A program made the position numbers and the translations under genes. A stretch of DNA of 64,000 nucleotides from Eledone cirrhosa (lineage: Eukaryota): positions 63,364,001 through 63,428,000 of the forward strand of contig OZ024746.1 of NCBI GenBank assembly GCA_964016885.1, read 5' to 3'. Every line of letters starts with the position of its first letter. Position 1 is the stretch's first letter. The notes under the pieces are model-generated. The model was not told where the DNA came from and searched no databases. It saw only the letters and a list, made by a program, of their open reading frames with translations. This document shows positions 1 through 14,328 of the stretch, piece after piece.

Positions 1-2793
1 TTGTTCCAGTTATTTGTATTTCTGAGTTCAATCCCTGTCATGGTTTACTTTGTGAGCGACTTAATCTGTGGTGATGATGGCATATAAAGATACAGATAGA
101 AGATATTTTATTAAAAGTTCCATTAATCTTGATTATATTGAAAATGAATTGAAACACAGGCAGGGCAGTGTACTAGTCACAAATAGTCATAAAGGGGTTA
201 AAATATGAAAATAAATGTTTCCTGGTAGTCCTTGAAAAATTGAGGATTCAGGTAATATATTTCATACTTTACTAGTAATTGAACTGGAATAACCATAATC
301 TGTTGTATGTACATGGCTATTATATCTTCATTACTTTACTGTCTATGACCAATACGCCAAACTATAATTAGTGTGGCTAAAATAGATTGTTGTTACACCA
401 ACTTTGTCTCGGTTATAAGCATTTATTTTTTTCTTTCTTTCTTATACCCACCCCCCACCCACCCCCCACCCACCCACACGCACACTAAATTTTCGTTCCT
501 CCTCCTCCTGTGGCTGAGACTTGTTTCTTTATGTTGATTAATTTCATAATTCTTTTGTGTGTGTTTCCTTTCGTCTCTCCCCTTTGGGACTCCAGTATAG
601 ATACTTTTTTTTATTATTATTACACTGTTTCATTGCATTCACTAATTGTGTCTGCAATATCTTAAAATTATAAGGAAAGTTGTAAGGCAATGATTTTAAA
701 TACAGAGGAGAACAAGTCCCACAGGGGAGTAATTTGAATATTTGTGGGATGTTAGGGTTATATATATGTGTGTGTGTGTGTGTGTATATATATATAGAGA
801 GAGAGAGATAGATATATAAACATGAAGTTAAGGAAAATTTAAATATGTTTTAATATTTCTTAATATTGTAAATTTAAAGTGTTGTTATCATTGCTCTGAC
901 ATGCAGTGCAGATAGATAATACACTGTGGTATTTAGTCATCTATCAGGTCGTGACAAGGACCTCAGACAGATAATGCTTTTCTCAAAATGTGAACACTCA
1001 CCTTTTGTATGATACCCTAACCTGTATGGTATTCCCAGTCGCTTTAAGAAGTTTTGAAGTTTCAATGGGATTTACCCTAATGTCCTGATCACAACTGGTA
1101 TCACTTTCACATTACCCTCTTACATTCTAAATAGTTTTGCCAACTCTAATTTCAATTCAGGGTACTATTAATCCTTTAGCATTTACATTATTCAATATAT
1201 ACTATTGTATTTGCACAGTAAAGGCTTTACCTCACATAATTATCTCACATAATATTGAATCTATGAGATTTAGATATTATTTATTTTGAGAACAATACAT
1301 TCATATAAGTATGAGCTGCCAGTTACAATCAGTTTGAACAGAAAGAGGTGAGAGAACTCTGGCCGGGTACAGCCGGTTTGAATGCTAAAGGGTTCAGCCT
1401 ATCAGCTGTATTGCAGATTAGCATTATAACTAGTGGAAATTAGCACACACACCCCACCGTAATTTCTCATTTGGTTCACTGTGCTTCTCTTTGAGCTAAA
1501 AATCTCCTGGTGTCAACAGATAGTTCAATGTTTAGAATAATTATTACCAACAACTTTTAAGCACTTCTGGTAGATTTAATATGGTGTAATGCTAAGATAA
1601 TTTTATCAATTCTATCAGCTTTGTCTGTTGTTTGGCCTGTAGGTCACGGATTCCCAACTTTCTCATCACATTTATCCTGTAGCAATTATTCGATAGTAAC
1701 TTCTTTAGTTATAACTGAATAAAATTATGTAGAAATCTAGAATCGGCAAATATACCCCCTGAAGAGGCTAAACTTTGATCAAATGTACTTGTAATCAGAA
1801 GTATTCCAGTCATCTAGAAGATATATAAAGCTACATTCTAATATAACCTACATTGAATTAGGGTTTTGTTTTTTTTTCTGTATTTTTTTACTATAGAAAA
1901 TAGCATAATAACAAAGAATATGTCCCCAGAATGAAAAAGAAATGGGCATTAGCTCATATGGAAGGATGTCGATCAAGTGTGCTACCCTTTACACTAGCTT
2001 ACATGCCCACATCTTTCTGTTATATTTAGAAGCTATAATTTCATAGCAATATGTAAACAAGCAAGTGTTTAGAAAATGGTGAATGAAATTTGAAAATGGA
2101 ATTAGCTTTTTTACTACAGAAACACATGTTCTAAACACACATGCTTGCTTGATAACCTTCATGTTTTGAAGATAGTGTGGTGAGATTTGAAGGAGAATAA
2201 GCTGTTGTTTCTTAATGGAGAAATTTACAAAATAGCTTCAAATTCTTGATTGATTTTTTTTTAAATAATTAAAACATATGGGCAATGCAGTTTGTTAGAA
2301 ATATGGTCATAAAAGGGTTAGTTCCATGATGTTCTTGTGCCAAAGAATAACAACACAAATGTTTTCTTGTCATATCTTTGATGCAAGCATTCCATCTCTT
2401 CACATGGCTTTAGACATTTTTATTGAAGTCTGTGGGGCTGTTTCAGCTACATGGCTTGGGTTACAAAGAGCTGACATAGCAGCGTTCCATAGTCTAGTTT
2501 CCTTCTCAACATTCACAGGGAGCTAAGACAGTCCTGTAGCCCCATTTCACAATAGCAACTTTTGATCACCCTATTCTTGTTTTCAGATGGTTGAAAGCTA
2601 AATGAGTTATTGTAAGTAATCTCAGCACTTATCTAGAATAAATAATTACTGTCTGCCATCCAACCTTTGCTAGCAGGGAAAACAAATATTAAATGATGAT
2701 GATAACTCTGCTTCTGTATTGCATACTTTTCCTCTTGTTTCTAAATTGAAATGTACATACTTATATACATATTTATTTGTTTTTATATTTCAG

Positions 2794-4339
2794 AAATCTG
2801 AAAATACCAATCAATTATCAGCTTTTTCTCCCATTAAATTCTGGGGACAAACTCCTCTTAGATCTGGAAACTTCTCCTCTAAAACACATTATGAATCCAG
2901 TGAAGAACATGTTCATGATGTTGGTGGTAGCAGTTTAAGTGATCAAGGTGATGAATTTGATGGCAAATTAAAATCAAAGCTCGATAAAACAGAAGAGGAA
3001 ACCATGCCTGGAAAACCCAATGAAAACCACACTATGAGGAGATTCAATGATAAACAGACTAATGGTCTGGTTTATGGCAAGAACGATGAATTTATTTTCA
3101 GAGACAATATGTTTTTGGAAAAATCTAAACTTTATCAGGATAATTCTAACCCATTTAAAAAAGCAGATGACCAGAACATTGGCAAGAATATACTCTCAAA
3201 CTCTCCACTACAGACTCACAAGTTTTACAATAATAAAAATCCGTCCCAGGTTGGAAATATTAACTCTTCAAATCAGCATTTTTATCAGATGGTCAGTCTT
3301 GACACTGATTGGTCTACAGACTCAACTCATGATGATAATGCATCAAAATTTTCAAATTACAGTTTCAACAAGACGGCTGATTCTGGTGTTATTGCTGACA
3401 TTAGCAACAACAATATCCAAAATCAGAGTTGTAACTTTAGTGAAAATAATGATAAACCTTTACAAATTGAAACCATTTCTTCTACAGCTAATAAAATCTG
3501 TTATACGCCAGAGAAAAGCAGCAGAGAACAGTCATCAGGGAAAGACTTATCAACAACATCTGACTCTGGGACTGACAAGTCTCCAGACATGTCTATAGAA
3601 ACTACAACAGCATCAGAGAGTTACAGTTCTTCACAAAAATCTAAAAAAAAGATGAAAAAAGATCATAAGCCTGCTTTCTCTAGTTGTTCTTCTTGGTCTG
3701 GTGGGGATGCAGAAAATAATGTTGAGAGTTCATGTGATGCAAGTGGAGAAGAAAGTGGAGATAGTGATGGCTCAGATGAGTTTTCTACTGCCTCTGAAGA
3801 CAGCCAGGAGAACAGATATGAACGTGTCTTACATACAGCTCTTTGTAGTGGTAAATTAGATTCTGCCAAAATATCGGAACATTTAACACTTCCTGTACAA
3901 AGAGAAGGGAGGCGGAATAAAGAAAGGCCTTGGAGTGTTATTGAACTATATGAGCAAAGCAATGGTCTTGACCTAAAACCATTTTTCATATCTGAAAGTG
4001 CTCTTGACCAGTTGCGTTCCCAAGAAATATCAACTCCAACTAAAAACAATCATACCTTTGATTATGCATCTGCTACATTTCCTCGGTTAAAGAGGAAAGA
4101 AAAAGTTATGAAATCCCATCATGCAACATCAGATGATGCTTTATCTCATCCGGGAGTAAAACGGAAACTACAAAATGACTTCCCAAAACTCTGTCAAATT
4201 CTGAGCAGTTTATCTCAGGATAGCTTAGCTAAGTTAAACTATCGTTCCGAGAGTGAATCAGAGACAAAAGAACTTGCACGCCAACTACAAAACACAACTG
4301 TTTGTTCAGGAACAAGTGATACAGAATCTGAGAGTGGAG
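2794..4339 (+). CDS. klar: Klarsicht-like KASH protein, first exon visible in window (large Ser/acidic-rich exon; upstream exons not identified)
   Basis: Acceptor ttttatatttcag at 2793, open frame KSENTNQ...DTESESG, donor G|gtaagt after 4339 (phase 1), in phase with the next exon. Contains RPWSV and ISESALDQL segments. Confidence 0.85.
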
Positions 4340-4621
4340 GTAAGTTCAATTCTAATTGTATCTATTTATATTTTATTGTAGGTTTCCAATTCATTAAACC
4401 CTTGGTTAATTGCTAAAACAAAAAGAAAATTTTAGTACAAAAGTATGCATTACTGAACATATAATAACTATTTGCACACATGAACACACACAAATCTCAA
4501 ATCACTGAAACTTAGAGTGGAGATGACAAAGGGTTGTGACGAGGAGAGATGCTGTGCTGAAAAAGACCCATGCAAACAGAAGTAAAAAGGATCATATCAA
4601 TTATGATATATATATATATAT

Positions 4622-4802
4622 GTCTTTCCACCACTCTCCCACGCACCCTCGGAACACTCTTCCTACCCACTTTTCTCCTGATGAAGGGCTTATGCCCGAA
4701 ACGTCCCCCCCCCCCCCCCCATACTAACACACACTCTCAAAAGTGTGAACCTAATAAACTCATATTTGTACTGCCTCTTTGTTTTTGTTCCTGTCTAAGA
4801 TT

Positions 4803-4806
<4 letters not shown>
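4622..4806 (+). mobile_element. PLE-type terminal fragment with hammerhead core at 4678-4705, flanked by (TA)n
   Basis: CTGATGA A GGGC TTAT GCCC GAAA CG TC; the stem I 3' arm is replaced by poly-C. A related decayed copy is on the minus strand at 5872-5907. Confidence 0.7.
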
Positions 4807-4855
<49 letters not shown>

Positions 4856-5496
4856 TGACTATAAATCATTCTTTAAATCACATATATATTTATATTATTT
4901 CTAACATAAATAAAACAAAATTCATTTATAGATTGTGCTTGACCTCAATAAAATGTGGTTTCTATGTCACATTTAACTGTCTAAATTAGCAGCAGACCGA
5001 TTCTGTGTTCAGATCATGTAGAGTACTGTGAGAGATGTTCCACATTTTTCTAATTTTAATCTTTAAAATATGTCAATATATTAGATGTAGTAACCAAGCT
5101 GAAACTTCGAAGTCACTGTCACTTTTCTACTTTGAATGTTTTAAATACTTCAGTATTTTAAAAACAATCTTATATTAGATAGTAAAAAGTTGGTCTGATG
5201 TGGTTTAACAAAGCTGAAACATGATACATTTAAAATTCGGTGGATGATGCATTGAAGTTGTATTTTTTAATACGATATTCTGATATTGAGAAGATATTTT
5301 GGGAGTTGAATTATGCTGAAGTCAACTTAACCCACTAGCCCACACACACACATTGTCAAGTTCAACTGAAAGCAATGTAGTGGTGGGTAGCTATGACTGT
5401 ATAAGACAAGGGCTTGAACTAGTTTGAATTTGTTTATAGAAAGTGATATATATCATCAGTTTACTTGTGTTCCATGCTGGCCTGGGTTAGACTATA

Positions 5497-5770
5497 TCAT
5501 CATCATCATCATTTCATTTTACGTCCGCTTTTTCCCTGCTTACAAGGGTGGGACGGGAACCGATTCTGGCTTGATTTCTACCAACCTCATTAACAGTGAG
5601 TGCTGGGTGCTTTTTTGCCGTGGCACCTCCACGACCACTTTGCAGTGGAATGATAGGGACCCCAGTCCCTATCATCTCATTTCTACAGCTGAGTAAACCC
5701 AGTATGAGAATTGAACTCACAACCTTTCGATTGCAAGGCCAATGCTCTAACCACTAAGCCATGTGCCTCC
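5497..5770 (-). mobile_element. SINE family A, internally deleted
   Basis: Same head and tail as 19981-20313, with two internal deletions. Confidence 0.85.
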
Positions 5771-7345
5771 ATATATATATATACATATGTGTGTGAAAAG
5801 TAAACAGAAAACACCAGTACATACAGTACAATGACAATATAAGTTTAACACTTGATATAGCAGAAAAAGAGTCTTGACATTTCTGATGTTAGTCCTTCAT
5901 TAGAAGATAAAATGAGAAATAGATAGAGCAACAGAAAGATATATATAACAATTGTTAGATATATATATATATTTGTGTGTGTGTGAGAGAGAGAGAGGGA
6001 GCACATAGTCTAATAAATGTTATAAATTTGAACAAAAGACAAATTTCACTATATATATCTTAGAAGTTTTTCGCTTTAATACTTGTCTCCTCATCATCAT
6101 TTTCATCTCCACTTTTCCATGTTGGCATAGGTTTGGCAGAGGCTTTTTGGGGGGCAGTTTTTTTTTTTCTTATGGCCAGATGCTCCTCTTGGCATCAACC
6201 CATATTGGGTAACTAGTTAAAATCTAGACTGTTGTGTGTGATTTAGTGTTCAGGGGTCTATTTCAACAAAGCTGACCTAGACTATACAACAACAACCACA
6301 ACAATCTTTTTGGAACAAAGTTTTATTTTAAGAACAAAATATCCTGTTCCTTTATTGTATCCAATTCATATTTGTGTTGTAACTTAAAACGAGTCTAGTT
6401 AACAATAGATTTACTATACACTTCTTGAACCACTCCTTATGTTTTCCCGCTTAAAATTCTTGGCTAAATACTATCAAATGGATACTTTCAAAGAGCAGAC
6501 GTTTTACAAACGTCATTAAAATTGAACGTTTGATGAAAGGAATAGATGAAACTATGTTTAGTGTTTAGGGAAGGGATGTATAAACATCACAGAGCATCTA
6601 TTGTTTTTTGCTCCAGCTTTTCATTCTCCTTACATAGTTTGGAAATGTTCAACATGATGATGATGATGATGATCACATCATTGTTACTATAACAATTACT
6701 AGCACTACTCCTTTATCATCCTTACAATTTTATTTCATATTTAGTTGAAGTTTTTCATTGTCATCTTCTCTACTGACAATTCAGTTATCTGTGAATTTCT
6801 TACTGTTACATTCATAAATAATACAGTTTTCTGGCTCTAAGTAACAGCATTACAATACTTGGTTTAATTTTATATCCTTTTATTGACTTCTTTATGTCGA
6901 TAATGCCTCAAGCAAATGATGCTATTGATATATATTACACATTTGGTAGGTTTATTTTAATGATTTTCCCTTTCACCTTTAGTTTTGTTAGTATATTTTT
7001 GTTGATGTTGGTTTTTGTTGATTTGTTTTTGGGGGTGTGTTTGTGTGTACACAGCCTAGTTGGTTAACAATCATAGAGTCCTATGTTCAGTCTTAGTATG
7101 TAGTATATTTGACAAATAGCCTCGAGTCAACCCAAGACGTTTGAGTGAAATTGGGTAGATGGAAAGGGTTTAGAAGAAAGCTTAATGCATGGATTGTACA
7201 TGTTATTCAAAGGACCAGCTTTGTTACACTTTGTCACATGAGGATCTTATTTTGGTTAGCTGAGTCTGTTGATACTACCTTTCAATGTCTTCATATTCTA
7301 TCTAGTGTTAAAACCTCCATGTTTTAACTACAAGCCTAAATTTGG

Positions 7346-7574
7346 TTAACCCATTTGATACCAACCCACACAAAACCACTGTTTCTATGAAACAAAAACA
7401 CCCATTTTAAAGGGTTCCAACTTAAACTAAACCCCCACTATAATTTTATATAAAATCATTTTATGTTACAAATACCATTGTAATGAAATTATAATTTTAG
7501 TAAATCCTTCTAAAATTCTTTAATTAATTAAAATATAAAATATTTCATTAGAAATACAATAATGAAAGGGTTAA
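7346..7574. mobile_element. piggyBac-like MITE family P2 (TTAA-CCC...GGG-TTAA); related copies about 16860-17061, 17280-17565, 40525-40927, 57515-57743
   Basis: TTAA ends; shared internal ggttctatga...tgttccaaatacca...tttcattagaaatatggtaa segments. Confidence 0.7.
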
Positions 7575-9252
7575 AAGAAAGCATGAAATAAAATTAACAG
7601 ATAGTGTTGCCAAGAATCTGGTACCAGTAAGTTCACTGTCCCAATATTGGGTGATTTGACAATGCTAATAATTGTTTCTACTTTAGGCACAAGGCCAGCA
7701 ATTACCCAGTGCATTATAATATCATTTAGCATCTGTTCTATTTTTCTTTTACTCATTGCAACTTACTAAGTATCATTTTGATGATCATTGTTGCTATTAG
7801 TTTAATAAGTTTTTCTATATTAGAAGTAGAAAGCTACCAAATGTCTATTTCTTGTTATATATACTTTTATATGATGTAATCTAACTTTATTAACTGTCTC
7901 CAGTGACTTGTTTACCACCATTCTGTGCATTTTCCTACCCAGGCTGAATCACTCATTGTTACATAAGAATACTGGCAGTCTTGTTTTATGGAAGAAAAAT
8001 CTATTCTGTACCCAGTTTTTATTTCTCAATATATTTTTCTTTCTTTATCTCTTCTTTTTATTCTTCAAAACAAAGAGGGTCTTTCTCCTTGAAATTTTTT
8101 CCTGGTGTTTGTTTTGAGCTAAATAATCAATGTTTTGTTTGTTGAAGTTCCCTGGGTTTTCATTATAAAATGTAAACAATTCACCTGCCCCCGTATGTTT
8201 TTACCTTCAATCCTTGTTTTTAAAGGAGTTTCTTTTGTCAACTTCTTTCAGCTAACATAGGCTAGATGTTTCTAAAGTCTCATACATTGTGAAATCACAA
8301 TCATTTACCTAACACTGATCATTTAAATAAAGAGGACATGGCACCTGTTTTTAAAACACTCAGACATTGTCAAACCTCACTTAACAGTGTGATATACATA
8401 TTAGTGGCAAGATTTCAAAAGCAGATTATGTTTGTATTATTATTTAGTCATAAAACTGCAATAATTTCAACACACACACATATATGTGTGTGTGTACTTG
8501 TAACTCCTAATGGAATTGTAGGAGTGCTGTAGTGATAAACAGCATGTCTTGGGTATTTTAAACCTGACGGAGCCCATCTCCTCTCCAAATCAGAATACAG
8601 CTGATTTCTTCCAGAGAAAGGAAAGAGTGATAGAAAGGAGATGAGAAAGAAACATAGAGGAAGAATTGCCCCCATTATTGAACTGGTACTTTTTATCAAC
8701 CTCAATAGGATTTGAAATCAGAGTACAGAGAATCATCAGCATCATTTTAAGTCCGCTTTTCCCTGCTTGCAAGGGTGGGACGGGTTCTATTCAGCACAGC
8801 ATCTCACCACTTCCGCCCATGTTTTTCGTGGTCTTCCTCTACTACGTCTTCCTTCAACTGGCATGAATATTACAGAATTTTATCCGATGTTCTAACGACT
8901 TTGCTTCTTCTTCATTATCATCATCATCATCCCAGACCCACACTGTAAATGTGGTTGGTGTTAGGAAGGGCATCCAACTGTAGAAAACCTGCCAGACAGT
9001 CCTATGCGAGCAAGACAATCACTCTTGCCTCAAGTGGGACTACCCCCGTCCAAACCCATGCAAGCGTGGAACACGGACGTTAAACGTTGATGATGATGAT
9101 CATCATCATCAAACGCCTATGTTTTTAAGTACGTGCCTGTACACTACTTGTCATAACTTTTTGTTTGTTTGTTCCTGTTTAATTATGAGAGAAATAGATT
9201 GTCCAAAAGCTACATAGCATCAAGTTTTTTTGTTTTTTTTTTATATTTACAG

Positions 9253-9347
9253 GAGCTTATGGAACTGCTATGGAAGATACATCAGATGGAGAATACTTCC
9301 CCGGTAGTAATGGCTCCTTTTCAGAAACAGCTTGGGACAACTACCAG
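9253..9347 (+). CDS. klar: Klarsicht-like KASH protein exon (SFSETAWDNYQ motif)
   Basis: tttacag acceptor and CAG|gtaatt donor. The phase 1 to 0 frame reads GAYGTAMEDTSDGEYFPGSNGSFSETAWDNYQ; the FSExAWDNYQ motif is recalled from Klarsicht-family proteins. Confidence 0.88.
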
Positions 9348-11503
9348 GTAATTGAAAAAAAATTTTTTTTATTTTCTTTTTTTGTAATATGTTAATCAAA
9401 GGAGAAATGGAGAATAAAGACAGCTGACTAGTTTCAGCCATGCATTGGGATTTCATCAGTGATAGTTGTTTTGATGTCACAATAAAAAGTAGCCATTCTA
9501 AATATAAGGCATTCCAGCTATGACTACCCAAGACCAACCATTTTTTTCCTTAAGATGATTAGATTCAATTTGAGGGTGATTTACCTGCTATTTTCAGCAT
9601 ACTGTTTTACTATATCATTAAGGTGGAATTTATTATAAAAGGTTGGGAATCGCTGGTCTAAATTATAACTGAAGAACCTCTTGTAGTTTAAAATTTTATT
9701 TTCAAATCTTCATCAGACTTAGTAAACCTGGTATTTCCTCTTTTAATTACTACCTATTGTGGCTGATATTGTAAAAGGAAAATACATTTTCTAATAACTA
9801 TTAAAACTATACGAAAACATCTTTATATCATCATGAGTAGATGTTGATTGAATTTTATCATGAACTACTTGTTAACACCAGGCATTATTGACACTAAAAG
9901 ATTTTATTGCTATTTAAACAGAAAAAAAAAAAAATAGTCAACTCTGGGTGGAGTGCAGGGGGGGGGGGGGGGGGGGGGTAATGCCATGCTTATATTTTCC
10001 ATAGCAGGCTGGACAAAGGTGATTGTTTCAGTACATTGAATGAAATAAAAGTGGGAGGCACATACACAATATACTATATATATACACACCACATAACTAT
10101 TTCTGTTTTATTACTTGTCCACTTGGATTCACTAGCTTATTGATAGTTTTATTTTTTTATTTTTTATTTTCTCTTACTGCTGTGATATTTTTTTTTTTTT
10201 CTGAATCAAATCCAGAAACAAAAACGTGAGAGTTTGTATTTCAGTTCATACATGCACACAAACATATATGTATGGATATATTTACTCACAAATATATATA
10301 TATAGGGGGGTGGAAGAGAACAAGGTGTGTAGTTTTTTTTTTTGGGGGGGGGGGGGGTTATAAATATACAAATATGTATATGCAAATATGAAATGATTCT
10401 AAATCAATAATGGAAAATAGATGGAAATTATTCCCCCTATAGATCAAATGCTAATTTGAAGCAGCTATTGTCATTGATATCATCGTCAGGAAAGAATAAA
10501 AGCGGATGAAGGTGCAGAAACGCTTGCTCATTTGCATGACTTGCCTTTTGGATAGGCTGCTTGTTACACCATTAACAATGATTGTGCAATCTACACATAG
10601 CAACCAGTTGTTGCTATGTGTAGATTCTGTTCATATATTTTCTTGTACTTATTTAGTTATTTGTTGAACCCATTTATTTCATATTGATTCTCATTTATCC
10701 CGAAGATTCAGTAATTTAATGACAGTAAAATAAGATATCTTTGATGAATAAATAATTTGTGTGAACAAAATCAAGCTTGATTATAAACTTATGTCATCTA
10801 TAAATCACATATATTTATGGAGCTCTGGCCAAGAAAGGTTATTAGAGAAAGACATGTTGGTTATGTGAGAGAAATAAATTTAGTCAGTTTTGGTTGAGCC
10901 AACATTTAGTGCAATAAAGGTACCTGCTTTAAGTGATCAGTGCTGACATGAAAAATAAAAAGGTAGTTTATCATATAGGCTTTCGTGTCTTAGCATTTAT
11001 CTAATAAGATTACTTGTACTTGCTTTGTTAATCCTAGTATTGTAAGTTGGGAGGGGTTTGAATAACTAAGATGACTATGTTGTTGTGGAGGGGCTAGAAA
11101 TAGTGTGTTTGAATTGTGTATGTTGGCTTGTTTCCTTAAGGATTACATCTTGGAAGTTGTAGTCTCCACACATGAAACAATTGAGGTTTGTTTCAGGAAA
11201 GATGTTGCTGCAATATCAATAGATTATCTTAACATGTAGGAACTTGTAGGTTTTTTTATCAAGGACTTATGTGAACTACTAGTACTGATGATCATGAAAT
11301 ATATGTCAAATTATATTTTCCTTAAATATATTTTTAGCTTGCTATGTTCTTAATTTTAATATACTGTATATTATACCTAAATGTAATTTTGTATAAATAA
11401 AGTTCTGCGAAATATAGATTTTACCTGTATAAAGCATATTGAGGTGTTTATGGTATAATGTGATTGAAATTATTTTTATTTTAATCTACTTTTATAATAT
11501 GTA

Positions 11504-11567
<64 letters not shown>

Positions 11568-11627
11568 GAAAAATCATTGATGCAACTGAACTCAATTTAT
11601 TGTGTTATATGTATATATATATATATA

Positions 11628-11856
11628 TTACTCAGCTGTAGAAATGAGATGATAGGGACTGGGGTCCATATCATTCCACTGCAAAGTGGTTGTGGAGGTG
11701 CCACGGCAAAAAAGCCCCCAGCACTCACTGTAAATGAGGTTGGTGTTAGGAAGGGCATCCAGCTGTAGAAATCAAGCCAGAATCAGTTCCCGTCCCACCC
11801 TTGCAAGCAGATTTGTATGACAGGCGGACGTGAAATGAAATGATGATGATGATGAT
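11628..11856 (+). mobile_element. SINE family A, 5'-truncated
   Basis: Matches about 19527-19737; ends in (GAT)n within a TA tract. Confidence 0.85.
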
Positions 11857-12194
11857 ATATATATAATATAGAAATGGCTTCTACAGGACTAGAATCGTTT
11901 CATTCGGGAGAAATCATCAGATTGAGTACCTTACTTACTGTGGTTACGCCCAATTGAATCCGGGATAAACTTATATATAATGATCATCAAAAAAATATTG
12001 CTCTGTAAATTATTATTTTATATAATGTGAATTTTAAATATTTTATTTTCATTTCACACATTCACACATATAGTTCAAAATCAGAATATTTAGGATAAAT
12101 CAGTTATTATTATGTATTCATTACTTCTTTGTGTTTGTTATAATTTCATATATTTCTCAAAATTAGCAATGCTGTATTTTTGTTTTGTTTTTAG

Positions 12195-12344
12195 GCACCA
12201 CTCTATCCCACAGTCAGTGATGAGGCTACAGAACCAGCTCTTCAGTGGTCAGGTGAAATGGAGTTTGAAGAAGAGTTATCACCATTGACTGCCAACACTA
12301 TAATTACACAAGTTGCAAAGCGGAGTGATGATGATTCTGGAAAG
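12195..12344 (+). CDS. klar: Klarsicht-like KASH protein exon
   Basis: tttttag acceptor, AAG|gtaaat donor, 150 nt phase 0/0, APLYPTVSDEATEPALQWSGEMEFEEELSP...SGK. Confidence 0.85.
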
Positions 12345-13925
12345 GTAAATTTTTTTTTTTTTATTAAAAATGGAAAAAAACTTCAAATACTGTTTGGAGA
12401 AAGCACAAACAATAATTCTGGCAGTGTTGGTTGAAGTAGAGCAATTCAACAGAGACAGCCATAAGTAAATAAGCAATTCATTGGTGGATTGGCAGTATCA
12501 TTAGAGTTTAACATGCTTTGCAGCATATAGTTAAGACCCTTTACATTCTGAGTTCAAATCCCGAGGTTAGTGCTACCTTCTTCCTTACAGAGTTGATAGA
12601 ATAAAGTACCAGTAATGCACTAGAGTTGGTTAAATCAACTTTTCCTTTCCCTTTAAATTGCTGGCCCTGTCCTAAAAGTAGACATTTATTAAGCTTGCCA
12701 AACAAAGGATTGGGAAGGCCCTTCAGTTGTGTCAAAGACATGACAACCTCTCCTGTGCGCATGGTAGAACTGAGACTGTACAATGCTGATGCCCGATCTA
12801 TCTGGGAGTTTAGTAGCCCCATTTCAGTCCTGACTTGGTCTATGTAGACCTGTCCAATCCTCTCTAGCAGGAAAAGTGGACGTTAAATGACGATGATGAC
12901 CAAAGAATATATTTGTGTATTTATTCATAAAGATATGAATATTTTTCTCGTGTATCTGTGTTCACATTGCTATGCATGTTGTTTTTTTTTATAAATATCT
13001 AGTTATACAAAGATAGATGTGGATAAAAAAAATGCATAATCCTTGATTGATAAAGGCAATCTCTAGTGGTTACTCAACCTAGAAATAGCAGCCATATCTC
13101 CCTTGTATCCCACTCTGGGTCTTCAAAAAATGTACAACACATTGGACACACTGAAGTAAAAACAAAATGATCCTAATAGAATACCTTTGATCATTGCTAA
13201 CCTGGCGCTAAATAACTAATTTGAAATCTTAAAAGAAATCATGTTTTATTATGTTGGACATATGCCTGAACTGTAAGAAAAGATATCACCCAGTCTTGTC
13301 TGATTTTTATGTTTTTAACCTGGTCTGGTGCCTACTGTCACCTTCACCTCACCACTGACCTGTTTTTATCTGCTTTGTTGATTTTTGTCAAAGGCAGCTT
13401 CTGGCCAGCTTTCTTTTTTAGTTTTTTTGCATGAGTGATACACACTCACACATACATATATATATATGCATACACACTCACAACTCACACATACACTTTT
13501 TTAAGGGTATTCACTCTATTTCATAAGCTATCATCGTTTAACGTCCATCTTCCACGTTTGCATGGGTTTGGACGGGAGTTTCCCACTTGAGGCAAGATTT
13601 GTTGTCCTGCTCGTATAGGACTGTCTGGCGGGTTTTCTATGGCTGGATGCCCTTCCTAACACCAAGCTATCTTTATAGCATTACTGTGCTTCAGCACTTT
13701 CTTTTATACTTATATATATATATACATATTCTGAGTGCTTCAAAAAGCCGAAAAATCAGCTTTGTACATTGTATATATATATATGTGTGTCTTCTTTTCT
13801 TTGTGTTTAAAGGATTTAGTTAGCAATTTCATTAATTTTTTGCTAGCGAATTATCCAAGCTAAAATAAGATTGTGAAAATGTTATCCTAATGTATGTGTG
13901 TGTGTGTGTGTATATATATATATAA

Positions 13926-14328
13926 AGCGAAACCTACAGTCAGTAGGCACCTCTTAACCAAATATACACCACAATCCACTACCCCTACCCTATCCTCTCA
14001 CACCCACCAACACAACCCTCTGTCTGTAAAGTTGGTACCACAACATCCAGTCCAAATAAATGAGATAATGAGATCGAGATTGTGTAGATGTCACAAGAAA
14101 AAACACAGTCCACGCTGTAATGTGGCCGTGTAGGTAACACGGTAAAAAGTTCCCAGTTCCACACTGTAAATGTGGTTGGTGTTAGGAAGGGCATCCAGCC
14201 GTAGAAAACCTGCCAGACAGTCCTATATGAGCGAGACACGGTCACCCGACCAACCTTGCCTCAAGTGGGACAACTCCCGTCTAACCCTTGCTAGCGTGGA
14301 AAATGGACGTTAAACGAAGATGATGATG
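13926..14328 (+). mobile_element. 5'-truncated RTE copy consisting of essentially the whole 3' UTR
   Basis: Aligns to 48465-48970 without the internal duplication; flanked by TA repeats. Confidence 0.85.

Noticed and set aside
2587-2611. Micro-exon-like tttcag|ATGG...TATT|gtaagt
   Set aside because: The ATG frame stops after four codons and nothing else supports it.
3047-4049. Overlapping ORFs (183 aa +, 128 aa -) within the large exon
   Set aside because: Shadow frames of the real exon with no recognisable motifs.
9169-9351. ORF-track frame ELMELLWKIHQ...
   Set aside because: Wrong frame; splice phases and the AWDNYQ motif support the alternative frame.
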